Positions 7,725-16,195 are shown, numbered from the stretch's first letter. The stretch: 33,348 bases of DNA from an uncultured Clostridia bacterium (GCA_937913075.1 CALEPU010000210.1:1-33348); one strand, 5' to 3'. A program made the numbers and translations. The notes: a model not told the origin generated them from the sequence alone.

Positions 7725-9107
7725 ATGGGTCTTATTAAAACCGCATTGGGCGCTATCGGCGGTACGCTTGCCGATAGCTGGCTCGAATACTTCTATTGCG
7801 AAGCACTGCCTGAGGACGTACTTGCCGTCAAGGGCAAAAAGCGCGTTTCCGGCCGCAGCAGCAACACCAAGGGCGAGGACAACATAATCTCCAACGGCTC
7901 CATTATCGCCGTTGCCGACGGTCAGTGCATGATCATAGTCGATCAGGGCTATGTTGTTGAGCTCTGCGCCGAGCCCGGCGAGTTCAAGTACGACACCTCC
8001 ACCTCCCCCTCCATCTTCTCCGGCAAGCTTGGCGAGAGCATCGTCGCCACCTTCAAGGAGATGTGGGAAAGGTTCAAGATGGGCGGCAGCCCCGGCAAGG
8101 ATCAGCGTGTTTATTACATCAACACCAAGGAGATAATCGGCAACAAGTACGGCACCGCCAACCCCGTACCCTTCCGTGTGGTCGATAAGAACATCAACCT
8201 CGATATGGATATCGGCATCAAGTGCTTCGGTGAGTATTCTTACAAGATCACCAACCCGATCCTCTTCTACAAGAACGTTACCGGCAACTTCTCCGATAAA
8301 TATACGAGGGACAGAATAGACAGTCAGCTCAAGACCGAGCTTTTGACCGCGCTGCAGCCCTCGTTCGCCAAGATAAGCGAGCAGGGCATCAGATACAGCG
8401 CTCTGCCCGGCCACACCGATGAGATCGCCACAGCTTTAAACGAAGTCCTTTCCGACAAATGGGGGGATCTCCGCGGCATAAGCGTAGTATCCTTCGGCGT
8501 AAGCTCCGTCACCGCCAACAAGGAGGATGAGGACAGGATCAAGGAATTGCAGGCTCATGCTACTCTGCGCGATCCCAACATGGCAGCCGCTCACCTTGCA
8601 GGCGCTCAGGCACAGGCAATGCAGGACGCCGCCAAGAATGAGGGTCAGGGCGCATTCATGGCATTTGCAGGCATGAATATGGCCGGCAACGCGGGCATGA
8701 ACACCGCCAACCTCTTCCAGCTCGGTCAGCAGCAGGCACAGCAGCAGGCGGCAGCCAACGGATGGACCTGCTCCTGCGGCACTGTAAATCAGGGCAAGTT
8801 CTGCCAGGGCTGCGGCAAGCCCCAGCCTGCCCCCGCCGGAAGCTGGACCTGCACCTGCGGCGCTGTAAACAACGGCAATTTCTGTCAGAGCTGCGGCGCT
8901 AAGAAGCCAGAGGAGACCAAGGGCTGGACCTGCTCCTGCGGAGCCGTAAATCAGGGCAATTTCTGCCACGAGTGCGGCGCCAAGAAGCCCGCTGATGCTC
9001 CGCTCTATCGCTGCGATAAATGCGGCTGGGAGCCCGCGGATCCCACCAATCCTCCCAAGTTCTGCCCCGAGTGCGGCGACGTGTTCGACGAGAACGATAA
9101 GGCGTAA
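7725..9107 (+). CDS. SPFH/Band-7 family protein (YdjI-like, 'virion core protein-like') with C-terminal tandem zinc ribbons
   Basis: The N-terminus MGLIKTALGAIGGTLADSW...IISNGSIIAVADGQCMIIVDQG is typical of the YdjI-type SPFH family. A Q/A-rich linker follows. Then come three GWTCxCGxVNxGxFCxxCGxKKP ribbons plus a fourth, CDKCG...CPECG. Confidence 0.85.
   Translation: MGLIKTALGAIGGTLADSWLEYFYCEALPEDVLAVKGKKRVSGRSSNTKGEDNIISNGSIIAVADGQCMIIVDQGYVVELCAEPGEFKYDTSTSPSIFSGKLGESIVATFKEMWERFKMGGSPGKDQRVYYINTKEIIGNKYGTANPVPFRVVDKNINLDMDIGIKCFGEYSYKITNPILFYKNVTGNFSDKYTRDRIDSQLKTELLTALQPSFAKISEQGIRYSALPGHTDEIATALNEVLSDKWGDLRGISVVSFGVSSVTANKEDEDRIKELQAHATLRDPNMAAAHLAGAQAQAMQDAAKNEGQGAFMAFAGMNMAGNAGMNTANLFQLGQQQAQQQAAANGWTCSCGTVNQGKFCQGCGKPQPAPAGSWTCTCGAVNNGNFCQSCGAKKPEETKGWTCSCGAVNQGNFCHECGAKKPADAPLYRCDKCGWEPADPTNPPKFCPECGDVFDENDKA
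8758..9000 (+). repeat. Three tandem 81-bp (27-codon) repeats encoding zinc-ribbon modules
   Basis: TGGACCTGC recurs at 8763, 8844 and 8925 (period 81 nt), with conserved flanking codons. Confidence 0.85.
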
Positions 9108-9122
9108 TGCCAAGCATATTTC

Positions 9123-9149
9123 GAGCCCGGTTTCCCGGGCTCTTTTTTT
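9123..9149 (+). terminator. Intrinsic terminator
   Basis: GAGCCCGG-TTTC-CCGGGCTC followed by TTTTTTT, 16 nt after the stop at 9107. Confidence 0.85.
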
Positions 9150-9200
9150 ACAAAAAATAACGACCGCGGACTGACCGCAGCCGTTACCGTGCATAAGTTG

Positions 9201-9416
9201 TTATGCTGCTCTGACCTGCTCGATAAGGTCGTTCAGCGTTGAGCAGGAGCCGTCGCTGATGAGTACGTCATACTCATCCTCAAGCTCCAACACGAGATCC
9301 TCCACGTCAAACATATCCATGTGGAGCTGAGCGGGAGTGCTCTCAGGTGTAATTTCTTCAACGGGAACGCCAACGAGCTCATGGACAAAGGCACATACCC
9401 TTGCAAAAATATCCAT
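9201..9416 (-). CDS. Acyl-carrier-protein-like small acidic protein lacking the phosphopantetheine serine
   Basis: 71 aa. It aligns by eye to the ACP helix II region, but the DSL motif reads DMF (LHMDMFDVEDLVLELEDEY). GGAGG SD upstream. Confidence 0.6.
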   Translation of the reverse strand: MDIFARVCAFVHELVGVPVEEITPESTPAQLHMDMFDVEDLVLELEDEYDVLISDGSCSTLNDLIEQVRAA

Positions 9417-9563
9417 ACGTCCTCCAAATGATGCCGAATTAATCAGCTATATAAATAAATATGCGGCAATGACACACATCATGCCGCAAAATATTATACA
9501 CCCATGAAGGCACAATGTCAAATTTTATTGTAAATTTAATGAATATTGAGAACGCAGCAACCG

Positions 9564-9974
9564 TCAGGCGCAATACTTAACGAGGTAATCGGGGCAGGGT
9601 GCGCCGCCGTCGTTGATGCTTATGACGACGTCGGCTCCCGTCTTATCCGCAAAAGCGGCAAAGTAGTCGAACACCGGCTCGAGCATTTCAAGGGGCTCGT
9701 CCGCAAGCTTGGCAAAGCCGTTGATATAGAGCGCTTCAAGATCGAAATCACGCGCAGCTATGCCGGCGGCGAAGCCCATAAGCATTTGCTTGCCGGCAAT
9801 GCCGTACTCCGCAGCATTGATGAAGCGAATATCGCGTTTGAGATCGTACATATGATCCTCGTCCTTGTCGATGAAGACGACAGTGCCGCTTGCCTTTTCC
9901 AAACGCTCGTTTGCCTCTGCGCACATCTGCCTTGACTTGCCCATGCCCCGATTGCCGAAAATCACCTTTAACAT
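9564..9974 (-). CDS. Small P-loop NTPase of unknown function (136 aa)
   Basis: Walker A GNRGMGKS and Walker B-like TVVFIDKDED. The start is moved to ATG 9974 (AAGGAG SD 7 nt upstream). A terminator-like hairpin (GCGGCATGA..TCATTGCCGC plus a T-rich tail) follows the stop. Confidence 0.6.
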   Translation of the reverse strand: MLKVIFGNRGMGKSRQMCAEANERLEKASGTVVFIDKDEDHMYDLKRDIRFINAAEYGIAGKQMLMGFAAGIAARDFDLEALYINGFAKLADEPLEMLEPVFDYFAAFADKTGADVVISINDGGAPCPDYLVKYCA

Positions 9975-10100
9975 ACCCGCACTCCTTACAGTTATTTGAG
10001 CAAATTCTCTATACATACTATCATATTTTTAACCTCTGCGCAACCGTTTTGAGGGCAAACGTGAAAATTTTAAAATTTTTTTAAACTTTTGATGGAGAGG

Positions 10101-10129
10101 TTGAAAGCAATTCAAGAGCAGATTATAAT
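10101..10129 (+). promoter_or_regulatory. Sigma-A promoter TTGAAA-17-TATAAT
   Basis: -35 at 10101-10106 and -10 at 10124-10129. The ATG at 10136 starts 7 nt after the -10 with no SD. Confidence 0.5.
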
Positions 10130-10135
10130 GCTGAT

Positions 10136-10921
10136 ATGAAAACCAAAGCCTCTAAAAATAATACTCTGCTGCGGATTGCAATGATACTCGCAGGAATGGC
10201 GCTTATTCTCGACACAATGTTTGTGCTGACGAGAAGCAGCGCGACTTTGGGCGTAATAATGCCCGCGATCATTGGCTCTCCCCTGCTTATCTGCGGGCTT
10301 GCCCTGCCTCTGATATCAAAATGGAGCCGTAAAAGCCGGATCATCAAGGCGCTTACGAGACTGATGATCGCGGTGTACGTGCTGTTCACGCTCTTGTTCG
10401 GGCTGACGACGACGCTGATACTGTTAAACTCCGCTCCGCCGGAAGAGTCTGCCGAAGTGCTTATCGTGCTCGGCTGCGGAATACGCGGTGACAGACCCAC
10501 GATTACCTTGAAGTACAGGCTCGACAAGGCAGCGGAGTATCTTAACGCAAATCCATCCGCTTTGTGTATTGTCAGCGGAGGTCAGAGCAGCGACGAAACA
10601 TGCAGCGAGGCATCCGTCATGCGGAGCTACCTTATTCGCAAGGGCATCGTGGAAGAGCGAATAATAATGGAAGACAAGTCCGAGAGCACCGAAGAAAATT
10701 TTGCATTTACAAAGCAAATTCTCGAGGAGCAGCTCGGAGGCGAAAAGCAAGTTGTTTTCATTACAACTCGTTTTCACGTTTATCGTTCGGAGCTTGTTGC
10801 AAATAAGCAGGGAATTGACGCGCAGGGCATACCGGCGAAGGGCGTTTGGTACATCACCTTTAATGATTACCTAAGGGAATGTGCCGCGCTGACGAAGTAT
10901 TTTCTGTCGGGAAGAATTTGA
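10136..10921 (+). CDS. YdcF/DUF218 (SanA/ElyC-like) membrane-anchored protein
   Basis: N-terminal TM helices, then VLIVLGCGIRGDRPT...IVSGGQ...SEASVMRSYL...STEENF...FITTRFHVYRS, the DUF218 signature. Confidence 0.85.
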   Translation: MKTKASKNNTLLRIAMILAGMALILDTMFVLTRSSATLGVIMPAIIGSPLLICGLALPLISKWSRKSRIIKALTRLMIAVYVLFTLLFGLTTTLILLNSAPPEESAEVLIVLGCGIRGDRPTITLKYRLDKAAEYLNANPSALCIVSGGQSSDETCSEASVMRSYLIRKGIVEERIIMEDKSESTEENFAFTKQILEEQLGGEKQVVFITTRFHVYRSELVANKQGIDAQGIPAKGVWYITFNDYLRECAALTKYFLSGRI

Positions 10922-10951
10922 CGCTGTAAATTGATGACGAACAAAAACCGA

Positions 10952-10977
10952 GCCCCGCACGGCGAACCGTGCGGGGC
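10952..10977. terminator. Bidirectional intrinsic terminator between convergent genes
   Basis: GCCCCGCACGG-CGAA-CCGTGCGGGGC, with TTTA on the plus strand and TCGGTTTTTG on the minus strand. Confidence 0.8.
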
Positions 10978-11026
10978 TTTATAGGTGTTGATCACGGCAA
11001 GCTTAAAGCTCGCCCTGCGTCAGTCA

Positions 11027-13480
11027 TTAAGCAACGAGCATGCCATAGAGAACCGCGATATCAGCGAAATCTACGGTGCCGTCGTTGTTGACATCAGCAT
11101 TGATAAGGCCCTGCTCGGCAAGATCGTAGTTGCCGAGGAGGAACATATACATGTAGGATACATCCGCGAAATCTACAATGCCATCGCAGTTTGCATCACC
11201 GATGAGCTCGGTACCGGGCTCAACGGCATCGGCGGTGTAGATAACGGTAACGGTAACAGCGGAGGTGCCCATGGTGCCGGAAACTACAGTCTGAGAGGCA
11301 GTATAGCCCTCGATCACGGGGCTGGTTACAGAGTAAGCAGCGCCGTAGTTGTAGTTCTGGGTGTAGGTGGTGGCGGCGGTGGTGCCATCAGCATACTTGT
11401 AGTAAATGGTCAGCCTGTAGCTGTTGATGGTGTACTGAGCGGTAACGACCGTGTCAGCAGTGATGTTGGTGAAGGTCTTATCCCAACCGGTGAAGGTGTA
11501 GCCTACGCGGGAGGGATTTGCGGGAGCGGTAGCTGCGCCGCCCTCAACGACCTGCTGGGTGGAAAGAACGGTGCCGTTCCAATCCTTGAAGGTTACGGTG
11601 TAGTAAACGGGCTCGGGCTCGCTGGAGGTGATCAGCTTATAGAACTTGATAGCAGAACCGCTCTTGGAAGTGGTGTACCTGACGGTGTTACTGCTGGAGT
11701 AGGAGAGGTAGTAGTAACCCTCGCTGTCGATCTGGTTGTTGAGATACTGGTTGGAATCATACAGCCAGGTAACAGCAGTGGAGCCGGGATACAAATACTC
11801 GCTGGAATCAAGGCTCATGTAGACGCCGGCAGCCTCGTTGTAGAAGGAGTAACCGGAAGTAGCGTTACCGGAAGCTACCCAAAGGACCTTAGCCTCGTTA
11901 GAAGAGGAAACGGTGCAGGTGTCATCGCTGTTGATGGTAACGGCAACAGGGGTGAGGTAATGACCGCTGGTAACAGCAGTGTTGCCTACCGCATAACCGG
12001 AAGTACCAGAGATAGCGGAGCTGTCGACAATGATGTAGGTGCCGCCGTTCTCGATGGTATCAACAAGAGCATAGCCCTCGAAATCCTCAACGGTGATGGT
12101 AGAGGTAGCGGTATAGGTGGTGCTGGTGGTGTTGTCCAGTACGCGGACGGTAAGGGTAGCAGTGCCCGCCCTAACGCCCGTTACAACGCCGGAGCTGTTG
12201 ACGGTAGCAACAGAGGTGTTGGAGCTGGTGTAGGAGCTGACGGTGTAATCTGCGTTGGAGGGATTAACGGTAAGCTGAGCCTGTGCAGTGCCGCCGGTTA
12301 CAACGCTTACGTTAGCAACGGATACAGAGGTGATGGGATCGGGCTCGGAATCGCCGAACATTACCCAATCACTGGTGGGAGTCTGATGACTGTCGGGGTT
12401 GGACGGGAAGGAATCAGTGGGGCTCATTACGATGGGCCACGCTGCGCCGGAAGAAGAGGAGTATGCGGGATCCCAGTTGCCGTACTGGCTCGTCATCTTG
12501 GCGAACGCCTGAGCAACGGTATCGCCCTCACGCATTCTGTTCCAGAAATAAGCCTCATACTTATAATCACCGGTGAAGGAGACGGACTGAGAATAGCCGT
12601 AAACAACGCCCGCGCCAGCAGCAAGCAGAGCAGTACCGGTCTTGCCGCCGCCGGAGAGCTTCATGCCCTCGCACATTGCCATCCAAACCATGCAGTTGGA
12701 AAGAGTTCCGCCGCAGTGGTTCTGAACGTAACGACCGTCAATGCCGTACCAGGAAGAGCCATTGTAAGCCCAACCGTTGGAGTAGTCGGAGGAGGTAAGG
12801 CTGGTGGAGCTGGTCAACTGGATGTAAGAGGTGCTGGAGTAGGAAGCACCGTGGGAATCGTAAATGACGATGCCCTTGTTAAGGTGACCGGTCGCAATTG
12901 CGGTGCCGTACGCATCGCTGTTGTAAAGCTTGGACAGTGTGCCGCCAAGGTCGGTGGCAAGCTGAGCAGCCTCGGTCTTGTACTGATCGGTGAAGCTGGA
13001 ATCGCTGGAATACCAGGGACCGACGAGCAGGACGTTGTTAGAGGTGGGACCATTGGAGGACTTGGTGCCGGAAGCCTCAGCCCTAACGGCTGCGACCTCA
13101 ACGATGGTCTCCATCATTTCCTCAGTGATGCTGGAAACATGAGGGATGTTGCGGAGCTTGTAATCATAGCCGCCGTGCATGCCCTTGGTAGTGAAGGAGA
13201 AGCCGTTGTCATCGAGATCGGCAATGCTGCCCTCGTCAATGTAGGGGCTCTCAAGAGCTGCCTTATAGACAGCCATTGTGCACTCGGCAGGGGTTGCGCC
13301 CTGAGCGAGCATGTCGGCCTCGACCTTATCAAGGGGAGCCCAAACCATTTTCCAATAGGCGTCGGTCTGCTTCTCGTCGATCTTGAGAGCGACATCCTCA
13401 GCGAATGCAGCGACCGGTATAACGGTCATGAGCATGAGCGCGACGACGATGGCAGCGAGTATCTTGTTGGTGCGTGTCAT
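11027..13480 (-). CDS. Secreted multidomain protein: clan-CD-like cysteine peptidase core, Big_2 Ig-like domain, unknown beta-rich domain, Listeria-Bacteroides-type repeat(s), C-terminal type-I dockerin
   Basis: Signal peptide MTRTNKILAAIVVALMLMTVIPVAAFA. His/Cys dyad contexts IVIYDSHGAS and VWMAMCEGMK. Big_2-like VATVNSSGVVTGVRAGTATLTV. YTVTFKDWNGTVL...GYTFTGWD repeat. Dockerin duplicated EF-hand segments DANCDGIVDFADV and DVNNDGTVDFADI. AGGAGG SD. The peptidase assignment is tentative. Confidence 0.85.
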   Translation of the reverse strand: MTRTNKILAAIVVALMLMTVIPVAAFAEDVALKIDEKQTDAYWKMVWAPLDKVEADMLAQGATPAECTMAVYKAALESPYIDEGSIADLDDNGFSFTTKGMHGGYDYKLRNIPHVSSITEEMMETIVEVAAVRAEASGTKSSNGPTSNNVLLVGPWYSSDSSFTDQYKTEAAQLATDLGGTLSKLYNSDAYGTAIATGHLNKGIVIYDSHGASYSSTSYIQLTSSTSLTSSDYSNGWAYNGSSWYGIDGRYVQNHCGGTLSNCMVWMAMCEGMKLSGGGKTGTALLAAGAGVVYGYSQSVSFTGDYKYEAYFWNRMREGDTVAQAFAKMTSQYGNWDPAYSSSSGAAWPIVMSPTDSFPSNPDSHQTPTSDWVMFGDSEPDPITSVSVANVSVVTGGTAQAQLTVNPSNADYTVSSYTSSNTSVATVNSSGVVTGVRAGTATLTVRVLDNTTSTTYTATSTITVEDFEGYALVDTIENGGTYIIVDSSAISGTSGYAVGNTAVTSGHYLTPVAVTINSDDTCTVSSSNEAKVLWVASGNATSGYSFYNEAAGVYMSLDSSEYLYPGSTAVTWLYDSNQYLNNQIDSEGYYYLSYSSSNTVRYTTSKSGSAIKFYKLITSSEPEPVYYTVTFKDWNGTVLSTQQVVEGGAATAPANPSRVGYTFTGWDKTFTNITADTVVTAQYTINSYRLTIYYKYADGTTAATTYTQNYNYGAAYSVTSPVIEGYTASQTVVSGTMGTSAVTVTVIYTADAVEPGTELIGDANCDGIVDFADVSYMYMFLLGNYDLAEQGLINADVNNDGTVDFADIAVLYGMLVA

Positions 13481-13616
13481 TGTTGTTCTTTCCTCCTAAA
13501 TAGAATCTGAAAGGGAACATGCGGAGCGGTATAAGCCGCCCGTATATATCCTTTTAGATATTATACCATCTTCTTACATTCTTTTCCACCCTTTTTTTAA
13601 AATAATTGGCTGTCTG

Positions 13617-13637
13617 TTTGTGAACTTTTTGTGAACT
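13617..13637 (-). promoter_or_regulatory. Direct repeat TTTGTGAACT x2 with 11-bp phasing, ~140 nt upstream of the dockerin gene start
   Basis: 13617-13626 and 13628-13637 are identical. On the gene strand they read AGTTCACAAA-A-AGTTCACAAA. Confidence 0.3.
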
Positions 13638-13745
13638 AAATGTGGCGCGGCTCTTTTGGGCTCTCTCCCCTCCCCTCTTTCTTTGAGCGCGGCTGCCGCC
13701 GGCGGAAGCAATATAGTAAGGTTTTGCCTGCTGCCGTTTAAAAAA

Positions 13746-13773
13746 TTGACATTCATGCCAGCTATGATATAAT
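13746..13773 (+). promoter_or_regulatory. Sigma-A promoter TTGACA-16-TATAAT with TG extension
   Basis: -35 at 13746-13751; TGATATAAT ends at 13773. SD AAAGGAG lies before ATG 13815. Confidence 0.55.
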
Positions 13774-13814
13774 AGGTAAAATCAAACGATAGACAAAAAA
13801 AGGAGTCGTAAGTT

Positions 13815-14423
13815 ATGAAGCGCGGCAAGCTTCCCTCGACATTGGTGTTTGAGACGGAGAGGCTGTTCGTAAGGGAGTTCACTTCGGAGGACGCACCTGC
13901 GGTTTTTGCTTACGCGGGCGATATGGAAAACTGCGCCTTTATGTCTTGGGCTCCCGAGAGCTATGAGGACGTTTGTTCATTTATAAATCACAGGCTTGCA
14001 ACGCAGATCGAGAGCCCCCGCAGGGTGTACGACCTTGCAGTGTGCCTCAAAACGAGCGGCGAGCTCATAGGCTCCGTCGGGCTCTATATTGATAATGAAG
14101 GCAGCCAGGCTGAGCTCGGCTGGATATTCAACAAGCGTTTCTGGCATTGTGGCTATGCAACGGAAGCCGCGCGAGGCTTTATGCGGCTGGGCTTTCTGGC
14201 ACTCGACCTGCATAGGATATATGCGAAATGCGACGACAAAAACACCGCTTCCTACCGCGTGATGGAGCGCCTCGGAATGAGGCGCGAGGCGCATTTTATC
14301 AAGGATATCCGTACAAAGGTGATGGGACGGGAGGAATGGCGCAGCACTTATCTCTACGCAATGCTGCAAAAGGAATATCTGATGACGCTCTTCGACGGCG
14401 ATCACGAGCCTTGCCTGAGCTGA
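13815..14423 (+). CDS. GNAT family N-acetyltransferase (RimJ/RimL-like)
   Basis: ETERLFVREFTSEDA...ELGWIFNKRFWHCGYATEAARGFMRLGF...HRIYAKCDDKNTASYRVMERLGMRRE is a typical Acetyltransf_3-type pattern. Confidence 0.88.
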   Translation: MKRGKLPSTLVFETERLFVREFTSEDAPAVFAYAGDMENCAFMSWAPESYEDVCSFINHRLATQIESPRRVYDLAVCLKTSGELIGSVGLYIDNEGSQAELGWIFNKRFWHCGYATEAARGFMRLGFLALDLHRIYAKCDDKNTASYRVMERLGMRREAHFIKDIRTKVMGREEWRSTYLYAMLQKEYLMTLFDGDHEPCLS

Positions 14424-14486
14424 CGCTTTCACAGATATTTCACCGCGCCGCAGGGCTTATGTAACAGCGATTTCACAATTTATTCA

Positions 14487-14515
14487 TTGAAACGACGAGC
14501 GGAATGTTGTATAAT
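14487..14515 (+). promoter_or_regulatory. Sigma-A promoter TTGAAA-17-TATAAT
   Basis: -35 at 14487-14492 and -10 at 14510-14515. This places the ORF-track start (14515) upstream of the transcript. Confidence 0.5.
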
Positions 14516-14547
14516 TGATTACAGACTTATTCTCGGAGGTAACAGAA

Positions 14548-15561
14548 TTGAACAAGATAAAGGCATTAAAGCTTTTTGCTATAATACTGATCGTGGTGCT
14601 GACGGCGGTCTTGGGCTTCGGCTGCTCGTCTTCAAATGAAACGGTCGATCCTACGGATGATCCGACCGAAGTATCAGCTGTAACCGCTTCGCCCGACGGC
14701 GAGGTCACGGCTTCGCCCACCAAGGAGGCAAGCGCGGGTACCGACGATCCATCCGATCCATCCGATCCCTCTGCCACACAGCAGACCGGCGCCGAGACGG
14801 GCGATCCCGAGGATACCGATACGCCCGAAGGCTCAGCCAAACCGCTTGAGACTTTCGACGGCACCGTACCCACTTCGACGCCAAGCCCCATGGGCACGTT
14901 AAATCCCAATCTTCCCGTATTTACGCATGCTCCCACCGCAGCTCCGACCTCGGCCGCGGCCACTCCTCTGCCCAATAACGAGTTTGAGGCGCACTACGGC
15001 GGCGCGTCCGCGGACTGCTCCGGGCTTGCCGTCGGGGACAGCTTTTACTGGACGCTCGATCTTTTAAATGAAGGCAGCCGTCTCTGGTCGGCTCAGTGGC
15101 TCATCGATTATCCGGAAAGCCTTTTGGAGATAACGGCTTATTCCGTTACCTGGTCCGAGGGCATAACCGCCATTACCAACGCCTCATGGGATGACGAGAC
15201 CGATTGGAGCGACAAGCCCGCTTTCGTCTGCAACCCGACCTATATGGGCAACACGGGCGGTCATCCAAAGGGTGAGGCCGGCAATATGTACGCCAACGTC
15301 GGTATGTATCTGACCAGCTTCCATCACTACGGCGTGCAGATGTCGGGCTCCATGATAAGGCTTAAATTCACAATAAAGGCAATGCCCTCCTCCTCGCAGT
15401 TGAAGCACGATGAAGGCGGCGATTATCTTGAGATACCCATTCTCGTGTGCGAGAGCACGGCGTTCATCGATGCGCCTGCCGACTCCGCCGTGCAGCCCTA
15501 CACCTGCACTCCGCACGGCACGGTTACCTGCGAGCCGGGCAAGCTTTATTTCAAGCACTGA
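14548..15561 (+). CDS. Lipoprotein with a P/T/D/S-rich linker and a C-terminal cohesin-like beta-sandwich domain (tentative)
   Basis: TTG start 8 nt after GGAGG. Signal peptide plus lipobox (LTAVLGFG-C). ~110-aa low-complexity linker (DPSDPSDPS...). The C-terminal ~190 aa has a cohesin-like pattern (VGDSFYWTLDL...AQWLIDYPESLLEIT...GSMIRLKFTIKAMP). Confidence 0.7.
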   Translation: MNKIKALKLFAIILIVVLTAVLGFGCSSSNETVDPTDDPTEVSAVTASPDGEVTASPTKEASAGTDDPSDPSDPSATQQTGAETGDPEDTDTPEGSAKPLETFDGTVPTSTPSPMGTLNPNLPVFTHAPTAAPTSAAATPLPNNEFEAHYGGASADCSGLAVGDSFYWTLDLLNEGSRLWSAQWLIDYPESLLEITAYSVTWSEGITAITNASWDDETDWSDKPAFVCNPTYMGNTGGHPKGEAGNMYANVGMYLTSFHHYGVQMSGSMIRLKFTIKAMPSSSQLKHDEGGDYLEIPILVCESTAFIDAPADSAVQPYTCTPHGTVTCEPGKLYFKH

Positions 15562-15613
15562 TCACTCCCGCTGCTGCGGTTGATAAAAAATTCTATTTAC
15601 GGAGGATATTATT

Positions 15614-16159
15614 ATGAACAAAAAGTGGATCTGCCCCGTTTGCGGCTATGTACACGAGGGTCCTACTCCCCCCGAGTTCTGCCCCCAGTGCAGGGTTCCC
15701 GGCTCCAAGTTCAAGGAGCAGGCTGCCGAGATGAGCTGGGCCGCCGAGCACGTCGTCGGCATTGCGCAGGGCGTGCGTGAGGACATTTTGAACGACCTGC
15801 GCTCTAACTTCAACGGCGAGTGCAGCGAGGTCGGTATGTACCTTGCAATGGCAAGGGTCGCCTACCGCGAGGGCTATCCCGAGATCGGCCTCTATTGGGA
15901 GAAGGCTGCTTGGGAAGAGGCGGAGCATGCCGCCAAGTTCGCGGAGCTCCTCGGCGAGGTAGTGACCGACAGCACCAAGAAGAACCTCGAGATGCGCGTT
16001 GACGCCGAGAACGGCGCTACCGCCGGCAAGACCGACCTCGCAAAGCGCGCGAAGGAGCTCGGTCTTGACGCTATCCACGACACCGTCCACGAGATGGCAA
16101 GGGACGAGGCAAGGCACGGCAAGGCGCTCAAGGGGCTGCTGGACAGGTATTTCGGCTGA
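15614..16159 (+). CDS. rbr: Reverse rubrerythrin (N-terminal rubredoxin-like domain, C-terminal diiron ferritin-like domain)
   Basis: CPVCGYV...CPQC at the N-terminus. Diiron ligand helices [17 protein letters not shown] and [18 protein letters not shown]. Confidence 0.9.
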   Translation: MNKKWICPVCGYVHEGPTPPEFCPQCRVPGSKFKEQAAEMSWAAEHVVGIAQGVREDILNDLRSNFNGECSEVGMYLAMARVAYREGYPEIGLYWEKAAWEEAEHAAKFAELLGEVVTDSTKKNLEMRVDAENGATAGKTDLAKRAKELGLDAIHDTVHEMARDEARHGKALKGLLDRYFG

Positions 16160-16195
16160 ACTTAAAAGCCGCTTAAATCAAGCACCTCCAAGGGG

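Noticed and set aside
7638-9194. 258-aa and 252-aa minus-strand ORFs (7638..8414 and 8436..9194)
   Set aside because: Both are antisense to the SPFH/zinc-ribbon gene in GC-rich sequence. Their A/G/L-rich translations have no domains. The first would also run across the SPFH promoter.
9201-9416. The ACP-like protein as the substrate of the PPTase at 1093-1716
   Set aside because: The carrier serine is replaced by methionine. The genes are 8 kb apart, on opposite strands, with unrelated genes between them.
1-10000. An intact prophage or integrative conjugative element
   Set aside because: Only fragments are present: IS remnants, a tRNA 3'-end duplicate and a helicase-only module. No integrase, relaxase, T4SS, capsid or terminase genes are visible, and pepF interrupts the region.
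10985-13510. 841-aa ORF on the plus strand, the longest ORF in its region
   Set aside because: It is the antisense shadow of the dockerin-protein gene. The translation is G/V/A-rich low complexity with no recognisable domain, SD or promoter. The minus-strand ORF has a signal peptide, Big_2, dockerin and a strong SD.
15593-16117. 174-aa minus-strand ORF
   Set aside because: It is antisense to the rubrerythrin gene, whose rubredoxin and diiron motifs are unambiguous.
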